Positions 36,491 through 49,130 of a stretch of 64,000 nucleotides of DNA are shown one piece after another. The stretch covers positions 8,246,001 to 8,310,000 of the forward strand of contig CM035353.1 of NCBI GenBank assembly GCA_020137815.1, given 5' to 3'. This DNA comes from Hormiphora californensis. Lineage: Eukaryota > Animalia > Ctenophora. A program made the position numbers and the translations under genes. The notes below the pieces were generated by a model that searched no databases, was not told the DNA's origin, and saw only the letters and a list, made by a program, of their open reading frames with translations. Position 1 is the stretch's first letter, and each line of letters starts with the position of its first letter.

Positions 36491-39400
36491 AGTTGATAGA
36501 TCGCCAATACTGTGTGTGTTTGACCCACGTTAGGTGGGGACACGTCCCGGGGGAAAACCCCCACACCCAGACGTTTAAACCAAACCCCCTTCCTTTTCCC
36601 CCCAAAACCTTTTCCCCCCCCCCCAAACCCCTTTTTCCCCCTCCCCCCCCTAAAAATCAAATCAACCATCCCATTCAAAAACTACTCAAAAACCATACCA
36701 TTCCCCCAAAATTTTAAAACAAATTTCCCCACCTTTTTGTCCCCAAAAAAATTTCCCCCCCTTTCCCACTTTTTTTTCCAACCCCCCCCTTCCCCCTTCC
36801 CCTCTTCCCTTTTTTTTTCCTTTTCCCCTTTCTCCCCTTTCATTTCCCCCCCACCCCGTTTTTTTCCCCTTTCCCGTCTCCCCGGGGTGTAATCCCCTTC
36901 TTCCTTTCTTTCCTTCCCTCTTCTTGTTTCTTTCCCCTTCCCCTCCCCCTCCTCCCCTCCTCTGATTTCGGAGCAGTGCAGTCATGTTGGCCGGGGATTG
37001 GTCAGTCCCCCCTGCAGAAGCCATATTATAATGCACTTGGGGCGTCTAAAATCTTATTGCTTGTTATCGCCGCTACCTCACAACGGGGGTGGACGGGGAG
37101 AACAGAAGAGAAAGAACAGGGGAGAGAGAGAGAGAGAGAAAGGGGAAAGGGGGATAAAAGAAAAAGGGAGAAAAACCCTCCCCCCCCCCCCTCCCCCAAC
37201 TCGCTTCCCCCTCCTCCTCCCCCCCTCGCACCCCTCTCTCTCCCCCTTTCCCTGGGCTGCGCCCCTTCGCTTTTTCCCTCCTCTCCCCGCCCCTATTTCC
37301 CCTTCTTTTTTTTCCCCCCCCCCCCTCTTCTCTTATTTTGGGGTTTTTCCCCCCCCCCGGGGTCCTCGGGGAATATACAATATTGAAAACAAGGGAAATT
37401 TAAAATTTCCCCGAGGATAAAAAAATTTTTGCCCATGTATTTGAATTTTTGAATATTCCGGAAGATCAAATCTTTTTGAAAATGCTGCAAAGTACCGATA
37501 ATGGAAATTATCTTGCTCCCTTTTTCAATATTTTCTCATGAACGGGGGGGGGTTGTTTTCTTCTTCTCCCCCTTCTATTTTCCCGGGCCACAAGCGGCTT
37601 AAGCATTCGGCAAAAAAGTTAACATAGGTAACTGAGGGAAAATGCATTGATAGACAAAACAACAGATTTGAATAAATATTTTGAAATGGGGGGTTTTCCC
37701 TACCCCCTTTTTTCCCCCCCCCTTTTTTTCCCCCCCTCCTTTTTTGAGGAAAAACTTTTTAAAAAAAAATCCTCTGCTGCAACCTCAACATCCCAAAAAC
37801 CCGAAACACCAGGCTTTGAAAGGATTTTGTGACTAGGGGGGATGCTCCTAAAAATTTTTTTTTCAAAACAACTATTCCACGCCTAAAACCGCTGCACTCG
37901 AAATAAAAACAGGCAGAAAAAGCTGCGGCTAATCTAACACGAAGAGTAGAAAATAAAAGAAGAAGTACCGGTAACGTGTCAAGTTGACAGTGAAATAAAG
38001 AGTCCAATTAATTCTTACCACGACCTCCACCCCTCTTCTTCTTCTTGTCCTGTTTAGCAGCCTTCAGCCTTCTGTTCGCCTTGCTGACCTCCCTTGCATC
38101 CAGGTTACCAAGTTCTATATCCTTTACCTGTCTCTTCTTCTTCTTCGTGTTCTTCGCTGCCTCTAATCTTCCCGCTGCTTTCAAAAGGAGATGGATCTTC
38201 CCCGCTGACTTTCAGCATCGCCCCCAGTCAACACTTACTGGTATCTGTCAGAGGATTGGGCCGGTTAGACCTCAATAATCAGAAGATATAATATATTAGA
38301 AAAATTAGAGACCAAATTTTAAAAATAATAAAAAAAGAATAATATCGTTACAATAACATATAACACAACGCAAAAAACACCTCGCTCCCCCCCGCCCCAC
38401 TTACGCGCTTTTTGACTCCACCCCCGCTGTCGTTGCCCCCTCTCCCCTCCCTTCTCATTCCCCGCTGGCTCCGCACCCCCCCCCTAACCATACCCCTTCC
38501 CCCGTCCCTGCTCTCCTCCCCCTCTTTCTGCTAAGTTTTCATTCTTTCCTCAGTCTTCCACAATTGATTCACACACACCACACCAACAGTACAACAAACA
38601 GCCGACACCACATAAGTACACGTACATACAAAAAAACAACAACCAACACAATCACAACCACCCCCGAGCAAACCCACAAACACAAGTCAGGACACAAGCA
38701 ACCAGCTGCCTGCTACTACCGCAACGAACATACAATCATTCGCTAACGAACAGCACAATACAAACACAACCGACACAAATAACAAACATCCAGCAACGAC
38801 ACAAACAAAATTACATTCACTAAAAAGCAACAATCGAATAAACACATACCCACAACACCCCAGGGAGAAAAACTACAACATACAAATACAAGAAACACAT
38901 CAACACCTTTTTCCGGTGTTAAGTGTACTGTTGGAAATTTTTTAGACCATTGCAAAAACCCTAACTGTATTATAAAGTAACTAAAACCAGACCCGCTGCA
39001 GTGGAATGTAAAAATTAAACACTTTCTCTTCTTTCTAGTCCACTTCGAGTCACGAACAGATGTCAACACACTCACACAGTTGTTTAACATACAAACATTT
39101 ACCCAACTGAGTTAACGGGATAAAAATCTTAAGTGAGAATCTATATCATAAGCTGATGCTCTCTATATCTCTGTCTCTCTCCGATGCTCTGCTCTCGCTC
39201 TATCCCGCGATTTTTTTTTTTTTTTTTTTTTTGTTTTGGTGGTGCGCGCGCGGCGCGCGTCCGGCCCACAGAAGAGGCTGGAGATGGGGGTAGAGGGCGG
39301 AGGGGGGAGAATGCAGGATGGATGAGTAGAGGGCGTCATAGGGTTTAGCACTCTAGTCCTATTAAGTGTCATAGAGGGAAAGCGATTCCTGCTCTTATTT

Positions 39401-39660
39401 TTTTTTGTGCCATCAGTGCTATCACTTTAACCTATATTTTCATATTTTAATAAAGGAATATAATTGTTGTTATATGGTTTTTTAGCTTCCACCCTCCATC
39501 CTCTCTCTCCTCAGTCTCTCTCTCTCTCGTTCCTCAGGTCCTCTCGTCATCCTCACAGCATTCTCTTGTGCTCCTCTCGTCTCTCTCTCCCTCACTCAAT
39601 CCTTTAATCTCTTTCTTCACTTCATCACTCAGTTTGTTTTCCAACTCAATCTAAATAAAA

Positions 39661-39947
39661 TTAGATGACTGCTTTTTAAAATTTGCTTATTTTACATGCT
39701 CTATTACACAACAATAATGTTAAAGATTCTTTCACTTTTAGGCCTCGCAGGGCTCGGCCCAAAAGTACAACTACAGAGCTCGCAGGCTCGCTCAGTAGTT
39801 ACACTTAGCGTGCCTCGCAGGCTCGGCAGCTAAGTAAAAGGATCTACCTCGACCTATCGGTCTCGGTTCATTGTTGTTGTATTTAGAGCACTCGGCCTTC
39901 GGCCTCGTGCACTAAAAAGTAATAGACCATTTTAACCAGTCATCTAA
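39661..39947. mobile_element. Short non-autonomous element with 11-bp inverted ends and a GC hairpin (Crypton-like, tentative)
   Basis: ttagatgactg ... cagtcatctaa, internal gcactcggccttcggcctcgtgc hairpin, and repeated ctcgcaggctcg. Confidence 0.5.
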
Positions 39948-40739
39948 TCATATAATATATTATGATGATTGTAACAAATGGACACAAAATCAATCCAAAG
40001 CGAAAACAGTGTATCGTACCTGTAGTTCTTCTTTTCTTTCGTGCTTTGTGCGTTAAATTTGAGGAACTCCGATTTCAACTTTTTGATGCTCGGTCCATCC
40101 TCTTCATCCTTGGGTGTTTTAGCTGTTTTACCTGGAGAGTACAGAGGCCATTATAGGGATTGTGCAAAATATTGTAAACAGATCTCAAATCCACCAATCA
40201 TGTTATAACACTGTGAGCCAGGTTTAGCGGACTCACGCTTTTTGTTCCCAGAAGGATTAAAACTGCGCCCGAACACGGGCTCCTCGTACACAACAACTGG
40301 TACTTCTGACATCACGCTAAACAGAGGGAGTGTATGAGAGAGAGAGGGAGTGTATGAGAGAGTATGGGAGAGAGCGAGAGAGAAAGTATCGGAGAAAGCA
40401 AGGGATTCGGGAGAGGGATCAGGGATATATCAGATGATATATCAGGTGAAGAGGGAACAGCTGGGGAGCGAGACTGAAAACAACACCGAAGGAACACCCC
40501 GTCCCCTCCCCCCAAAAATGAAGGAACACAACTCACTTCTCAAGAGCAAGGAACAATAAACTGGAAGATCAGCGACAGTAAACCGAGAGAGGAGATATCA
40601 TAACCCAAGTGATAACAGGGGAATAGAAACAATATAGTGGTGGTAGGGGGCATTTAACTCTTGTTGATGGTGACCGCCCCAAAATACCGAGTAATTAAAA
40701 TGGGTAACTTTTAGGGAACGATATGGAGACAGTGAGACT

Positions 40740-40817
<78 letters not shown>

Positions 40818-41123
40818 CGAGAGAGAGACGAGAGAGAGAGAGAGGGGAGGAGGAGAGAGCGAGGAGAGAGAGAGAGAGAGAGAGAATTAAGGAGAGTAAC
40901 AATATCATCTAAGAGACAATTAGAATGATCAACATGGAATTGTAGCCGCACGGGGGAACTAACGAACAGGAGTTTATCGGGTGTGACAAAATCGTTAATC
41001 AACCTCTCTCTGTGCAACAACCGCTGAGGGAGAGAATGCTTCGATGAACGATCAGAGACATGAAGACTAAAAACATGTGAGAGCTGAGTTAGCATTATAA
41101 CGAGAGATAGCAAGTCAGAGTGA

Positions 41124-41203
<80 letters not shown>

Positions 41204-42393
41204 TAGCAGATTGAAGAGAGAGAAGGGGAGAGGAAGAGAGAAAGTAAAGACGAGACAGTAGAGTCCTGCAATGGCCCTCAGGGCGCATCCCTTCAATGGC
41301 CAATGACGGAAGACAATCAGCCACGTGAGGGGTAATTGCACCAATCAGAGAAGAGTATTGTAATCACGTGACATGATGAATTAGCAGAGAGGTGCTTAAA
41401 AGCACTAAAAGGAGGGTCTCAGTTGGTGCACTAGTAGTAGGAGCATTAAACACACATAAAGAGAGTCATATTGCAAGGCAGGTAGAGAAAAGAAAGAGAG
41501 AGGGGGGACTGTGTGGAAACAACACATTTTCCCAGAAAGACACAATTTACTTGTCGACAAGCTTAGTAAATTATGTCTAAACCATGTCAATTGCCTTATT
41601 GCACCCTGTACTAAAATCTACATATGAATCTCTATATTGCTGCAGCCCTCCTAAATCTTGGCTGTACTCCAATTTATGCTGCGCTTTGGTTACCGTTTCT
41701 AGGGTAATGATGCACATTGTAAATGCCCTAACTACCCGGTCTCTCTCTCTCTCCCCTACCCCTACTCTATTTTTCTTTCTCTCTCTCTATCTGCTCTTCT
41801 CAGGTCATCTCTCTGCTATGGGTGGTGCATTATGTAGCCTAATCCAGTTATCAGGAATGATTTGATAACCGATAATGCATTTACAGTCTCAACTAAATAG
41901 ATATCTACACCAAGACCAACACCATCAACAAACTGGCAGAGCGGAAAAAGAGAGCTGAAAGAAATGGAATCGTAGTGGCCAGTGGATCAAAGAAAGAAAC
42001 TGGGGGTGAACGGGGTTAGATGAATGTTCTTGGGTATTCGGGGATTGGAATATCTAGAGTAGGGACGGGGGGGGGGGGGGGGCTGACTGCTGAGACAAAC
42101 AAACTCGGTCTTTAAAATGTTCAACTATTTACACACATCTTTGATACAATCGCGAAAAATATATACACTCACTCTTTGTTTATATATATACAATGAAAAC
42201 CTGAACCCAAAATAGTTTATTTAGTTAAAACTGACATACGTAGTACATACATTTCTTTCCTCTGGCAAATAAATATTTGAAGCTCATAACACCACCTACA
42301 TGCATACACCTCTCGGATTAGCTGTGTTCCCCTAGGGAAGAGAAAAACAGAAAACAAATTCAACCAATCTGAAAACTAAACACACTATATCTC

Positions 42394-45300
42394 TCAGCTA
42401 GTCTGCTGTTCCCCAACAACCTTTAGAGTCGACCCACTTTGTTGAATGTCCAGCATCTTCTGGGACATGGTTGAGATCTGGCTGAGAGAGACACGAAACT
42501 GTTTCTTTGGTCTCTGACTCTGACCACCACCACCACCACCCTTCCCGCCACTTATCCCCGTGTTGTCCTTTTTCCGTGGGCTGGTTGAGGATTTAGCGGG
42601 ATCCTTCAGCAGATTCAAGATGATCCCTGGGGTACCCGTTGTTTCACAGTGGGGACAGTTGGACAGTTTGGAGAGACTCTTAACTTTAGGACCCCGCTTT
42701 ACCCCGCCCGCTTTGGGCCTCTTTTTCGGCTTGATATCGAGTATCTTCACACTCTTCACGTTGTGTGAGTATTTCCGTTGTAGGGCGAGCATGTCCAAGT
42801 TTTTGGGTTTTGTCTGTCTGCTGATGATTTGTTGGAGTTTGTAGGGGTTGATGTTGTGGGGAAGCATCTCAGATACCCGCCGTGCTGTGGACTGTTTCCT
42901 GATCTGCCACCGATCTTCTGAGGGTGGGAAGGAGGAGATGGGTGAGATGGAGAGGGTAGAGAGGTGTGGGGACGTCCGTTCTGTTATGGAGGGGAGGGTT
43001 GAGTTGGAGGATTCCTTTGTTATCCCACCAGTTGGAAGGGAGGATGTAGAGGTAGATTGGGTTGGTGCTGAAATCTGTTCCAGGGAGATTGATGTAGGTG
43101 GGTTGAGTGTCATGCTATTGTTTAGCTCCTTTTTAAACTGCCTACTGACCTGTTTACACAGCATGCCAGTGGGTTTAGTACAGCACTGTTGAGTAGATGA
43201 TGATGATGATTGGATACCCTGTGTAATAGAGGCTCCTCCTGAGGAGGAGGTATCCTCCAGACATGGAACCCCTATCTTACTGCTCTTCAACTCCTGCTTT
43301 ACAACTATCGGCCTGCGTTGTACCTGGATGCCCTGCTCGGGCTTCACATAAGCGCGGTGATTTGATCTTCTTGGGGGATGATTCATGGGCCTCCCCGTCA
43401 GGATGATTTTTCTTCTTAGGAGGGGTAGGTCGTGAAATAAACCGCCCCTCGCACGCTAGTTGTACACCAATATAGGGTGGAACGGAGACGTTTTGCTGCT
43501 TGTAAATCACCTCCCACTTGCCGGTAGGTGCAGAACGACACTCCTTCTTGTCTATAACTACCTTGATACAATCATCAAGGACCTCTGAACACAATCGCTC
43601 CGTTACTTTAGTTGTGGCCCCCATCGCAGGTGAACAGTTGATCTCAATCAGCCAGGGTGTGAACTCTGAATCGACCATAAAATCAGCTCCGTACAGCTCG
43701 AAGGAGTTTTTCCGATCCTCAATAATGTCCTGAATAGTCATCATAACACCTTGAATACTCTTTTTCATGCCCGGGAATATAATGTCATTCCATTTGTTCA
43801 GATTCCCCTGTTTGTCGAGATGCTTCTTGAACGCAGAGCTAGTCCACATGTTTCCCTGTGCAAAGGAAGACTCGCACTGGCCCTGTGCTGACAGGAACTT
43901 CTTCTGTATAGAGTTGTTGCACAGGTGGATGGAGGGATCGAAGTCATCAAGAGTGAAGGGCCGGGATCCAAACCTAAGGTAGCTGTCCTGGTAGAAGTAA
44001 AGTGTCAGGGGGTTCCAGTCTGTCACCATGAACCACTGTCGTATATCAAACTTAGTGTTGTGCACCAGGAAGGGGTGCTCAATGTATTTTTGAATCACCC
44101 ATTTTTCCTCTTTACAGCTGTCCGCCAGTTTGATAATTTCATCTAGATTGTTCTGGGGTATGACACCTCGACCACGGGATTTAGCACCAGGCTTCATAAT
44201 CCAAGTGTTGCTTTGTCCCTCGATAGAGTTTTGGGTGATGTTCAATGCCAGGAACTCGTTCAGTGTACTTGTAGCTAGGTCATAGGATTCACGGTTGTAC
44301 TCAGTAAATCGGCACCCTTTTTTCGAGAGAGCATACGAGTTATTGAGGATGCACTTTCGCTTAAAGGGACTGATAAAAGTCCGGGGATCAACGGGTAAAT
44401 CTATATAATCATTATTCTTCATCTTGATGATGTGTTCAAGATGATTAGCAGCGGTTGTTACAGCTGTAACAGGAATTGACCCCTCCCCACCGCCCCCACT
44501 AGGCACCCCGGCCCCTGTGGAGGAAGATTGTTCACTGTACTGCTTCACGTAGACCTTTAGGATACACATCGAGGAACACATCTCAAAATCATCGATGAAT
44601 TGTTCCCGATCTTCCTCGCTGTAGAGTTGGTAACACCTGGAAATGGGGAGTCGGGTGATAAAAGAGACTAAGAGAGAACGAAAAAGAGGGAAGGAATGGA
44701 ATGAGAAGTTGGTAATTTAGGAAATGAATTAAATCAATATTCTGACAGTGTTGGACTGATACAGTGCAGCAACTTACCGTGGAAAGAACTCATTGGGATC
44801 ACTGTTGTCGTACCAGTGTAGACTCCTCAAATGTTGACAAAGACCAATCTTCGTGGTAAATGAAGATGCACGACAGTAGTGATTCACTATTTGGTCCCTG
44901 TTTAGGTATTTAAAATCTATATCATCTCGTTTTATTGTCCATATAAATGTCGGTGGTATGTCTTTGAGAAGCCGTGACACAATCCTCGCAAAATCTGGAT
45001 CATGTTTCAGTTCGGAGTCAGAGCTTTCTGAATCGGAGCTATAATCAGAGGGCACCCGTGGGTTGGTCTTCTTCTTCTTCTTGGCAACCCGGGGTCGGAG
45101 CGGTTGTGGTGTCCCCAGGATGGGATGTGCAGAGTGTTCACTGAATTTCTCGACCCACCCCCTCCGGAGTAGAGATCTTCTGAGGTAGGGATATGGACCA
45201 AGAATCGTGAAGGTCTTCTTTTCCTTGATCGCTGCCAAAGCAGTTTCCTTAGCAAACTTGATCTTGTAAAGATAATCAGCGTTGTTATACGGCAGGGACA

Positions 45301-45817
45301 TTATCTTCCGTGGACGAACTGGTGTCTCAGGTTTGGAAATCTTGGCATCAGACTCACTATCCTCTTCCTCCTCCTCCTCCTCCTTGGTACTTACTACATC
45401 TTCAACATCGTCCTGCTCACTTAGCTCATCACGACATGAGGAGAGGACTTCCTGAATGAACGATTCAGCTTCCTGTGTGACGTGTACACTGGCTGTTTCA
45501 AAGGAGACTTCACGGGAGGGTGGGAGACTAACGCTGTCCCGTCCACTACCACAGCTATCGGTGCTCTCATAACTCATATTAACATTTCCATCTGATCGTC
45601 CTCGGAGTCTATTGACAATCTGCTGACTTTTACTGTTCATAGCAGGGCGAAAAGTAAAGGCAGCGTTTGCCTCTGCAACAAGGGCTCGTTCACGTGATTT
45701 ACGGGTGGCCTTGATCGAGTGTTGTTTCCATTTCGTAGCGGCTTTCTCAGCAAGTTTTAGGCTGGCTTCATTTAAACGGGGCGAAAATGTTAGCTCCGAG
45801 TTGTACGCTTTGTCCAT
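42394..45817 (-). CDS. TTLL3: TTLL3/TTLL8-type tubulin monoglycylase; its long C-terminal tail lies in the +1 frame after TAA 43277-43279
   Basis: Exons 44778-45817 and 44636 downward. Motifs WIMKPGAKSRGRG, QKYIEHP, KFDIRQWFMVTDWNPL, FELYGADF, WLIEIN. Probable 5'UTR intron 45836-48340 (donor gtaagt). Confidence 0.88.
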
Positions 45818-46432
45818 ACCATCACAGGTCGACACCTGAAACAGGAAAAAAGTTTGTTTTAAATCAAGAGTGGTTTGATTCACTGACCTGACCAGCAAAT
45901 TGGTTTCAATTAATATGACGTGATCAACTGCTATAGCCCAACTGTTCATTCTGAGAATTCTGATACAAAGATATTATTTGCCGTACTGATATATGAGGTA
46001 ACTCCAACCCCCCAGTTTCATCTCCTTGTTTAACATGGGAGTTACCAAGGGAATCCACTGGGTTCGATTAATCTAGGCACATACCCACAGTACTATTCGA
46101 ATTGGCGTATCTTTATATCAGGAATCTCGGATAGCAACAATCCTTGTGTTTTATTGCTATCTGAACAGATTAGGCGTATAGACAGGGCTCTTATTATCAG
46201 CAGTGCTCACGTTTCAAGGATAATGTTTTTAATTATGCACTGAACTGCTGTAGACATCACCCACTCACTTCATACACACACACACCCACACACATGACCA
46301 AGCCTGTACGACAGGTTATTGATCACCGGCTGTATAACAGCACGAGAGAGCCGTCACTAGTATCGTGCAGTGATCCGAAGATCATGATAACAATTAATAA
46401 TTAATTAATAATTATTAATTGTTATCATGATC

Positions 46433-48152
46433 TAATAATAATAATAATAATAATATCGAATATTTATATCCCGCTATCATGCGTTAAATATGCTAGTTCA
46501 CTACTCGTTTAAACTAGAACTTAAAGATATACTTAAAGAACACCGAGATTATCGTTAAAACTAACACCGCGTCTATAGCGGCCTTCTCATAGCCAGAGGA
46601 ATGCCATTCAAGCTAATTTTGATCAAGAAATAATAATAAAGAGAGAAGATTTAGTCCGAGGAAAAAAGTATAAAAAATACGTTATGGTATAAAAAAGAAG
46701 AAAAGATAGATGATTGTGATTTGAATATTGTTAACTAGTAAGAATTAGGGTGGAGTCATGTTTGAAATAGTGTGAGGGAAGTGAAATAAGTTGAAAAAGT
46801 TCAACGAAGTGGATGATGTGGAAAGGCAGTGACTAGGGTTGGACAAAATTGATACAAAAAAGAAAGAAAAGTGAGTGATAACAGCTGGGTAGCTTGAGTC
46901 AGATTGAATAATACAGATTACTTTTGATTAAAAATAATAAGTTAATTGGGTGATTAAAATAATAAATTAGTGGATTAAGAATATTTTTATCATAAAAATA
47001 AATTATAATAAGTTGTAGCATAATAAAGTGATGTGCTGTGATTAAATTGTGTGTGTGTGGGCTTGTCTTTACGGATCTTGTCTTGTCTTTTCTTTAGCTC
47101 AAAGTTAGTCAACTCAGGACCCATAGACAAAGATGTATTATCGGCAGGATGGGTTTAGAATCTTGGCCTTCGATTTACGTGGTTGAGTCACTGTGTTCGT
47201 ACCACTGTTACTATCTGGATAAGCGACGGTGAAAAGATGAGTTTTCAACATTTGCTTGAAAGTTTCAAGAGATGATACTTCTCTTAGGCTTTTAGGTAGT
47301 TTGTTCCAAATCTTAGGTCCGCATACACTGAACGCTTTCTGAGTGGTAAGATATTTTGTATCATGGCGTTTTTCCACTAGGGTTAGGTCATCATCAAGAC
47401 GAACTTTTCTGGCCTTCGGCTGTCTGCGTATAATCATGTCTGACAGATACTCAGGCACAAGTCCATGTATACATTTATAGACCAGGAGGCAGACTTTGAA
47501 AACGATTCTTTGCTCGACCGGAAGGAAATGAAGTTTCTTCCTCATTTCAGTAACTCCTCGCTTTCCTTTCGATCCATAGATAAATCTAGTGGCACTGTTT
47601 TGCACTTTTTGTAGTCGTTGCAAATCCCGTTTTGAAAGTCCAACGAGTAGTCCGTTACCAAAATCTAGCCTTGAGTGAACAAGTTGATGTACAAGTTGAG
47701 TCTTTAGCTGTACAGTGAGTCCTTTCCTGATCCTCCATAGATTTGCCAGCTGGCTCCAACACGACTGGATAACTCGGGACACATGGGATGACATTGAGAA
47801 GGTTTGGTCAAACCAGACACCTAAATTTCGAGCTTCTGTGGATGGTTCAGTCGGGATTTTGTCACTCTTTTGCAGGAAGATCGATGTCGGATTAGGTGAC
47901 TTGTCTGCTTTATTGTTGATCACGACAATTTCGGTTTTACCTGAATTTAGCTTTAGATAGTTAGCTTTCATCCACCATTTGATGTGTTGAAGGCAGTCTT
48001 GGATTTTCTCAAAAATGATGTCCTCATTGGCTGGATCAAAGCTGATATACAACTGGGTATCATCTGCATACATGTGCACGTGTAGCCCATAGATACCTGC
48101 AATGTCTTGAATCTCTCGTGTATACATAATAAAGAGGATGGGACCCAAAAGT
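46433..48152 (-). mobile_element. 5'-truncated L2/CR1-clade LINE (RT C-terminus, 3'UTR, (TTA)n tail)
   Basis: LGPILF..Y, YADDTQLY, LKLNSGKTE, RNLGVWFD, SRLDFGNGLL, LHFLPV. Tail at 46433-46454. Confidence 0.9.
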
Positions 48153-48584
48153 TTGATCTTCGGATCACTGCACGATACTAGTGACGGCTCTCTCGTGCTG
48201 TTATACAGCCGGTGATCAATAACCTGTCGTACAGGCTTGGTCATGTGTGTGGGTGTGTGTGTGTATGAAGTGAGTGGGTGATGTCTACAGCAGTTCAGTG
48301 CATAATTAAAAACATTATCCTTGAAATTGGTTTCACTTACTGGCTTTAATGTCTTGGTTAGTTACATCAGTGGTCTTTTACATTGTGCTAGTTTAAAACT
48401 GATTTTTGTTACATTTTTGCATCCAAAAGCCACGGAAAAGCACCGTTTTAAGCGCGAAAAATGAAAAAATCACGGCGTCCGTTTTTTTCTCGCGAAACGA
48501 TAATTATTATTTAATTTAATTTCCTCAGACTTTTTCAGTAGAGTGCGCGTCGCCATCTTGGCAGCGCATTGATAAAATAGCCGC

Positions 48585-48940
48585 GTAAAGTCCGTTTCAA
48601 GCGACTTGACCCGTAATTCTTGGAATTTGGCGCATTGCGCGTGTATTTACAAAGGGGAAATCCTGAATTTCCAGGAATCTCAGGTCAAGTCGTTTGAAAC
48701 GCACTTTAAAGTCCAATTTTTTATTTAAGCGACAGGCCGCCGCGCATCAAAATGCAGCGCTTGAAATTGATTTCCGGTTCCTGATAAGGTAGCGACTTTT
48801 TCTTGGTGCCATTGGAAAGATAAAATTTTTATCTTTCCAACGCAACCAGGATCAAGTCTTTATCTTATCAGGAACCAGAGATATGACCAATTAACTAAGT
48901 GAGTGCGCGGCGGCCTGTCGCTTGAATAAAAAATTCGACT
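48585..48940. mobile_element. Palindromic DNA-element remnant with nested inverted repeats
   Basis: aagcgacaggccgccgcgca / tgcgcggcggcctgtcgctt flank the hairpin ggttcctgataag...cttatcaggaacc. A second inverted pair lies at 48587-48707. Confidence 0.6.
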
Positions 48941-49130
48941 ATAGTCGAACTTTGATCTCCGCAGTTCAAGGAACTTGGAAATAAACTAATCCGAAACGAG
49001 GAATTAAGGGAAATGGAATCATAACTAACATAATAATTTTAATTTCAAAAACGTTAAACTCAACAAAGTAAAATCAAACATTAACGCAACAGTCTTAACA
49101 ATCCTTATCATCTCACAATTCACAGTTCAT

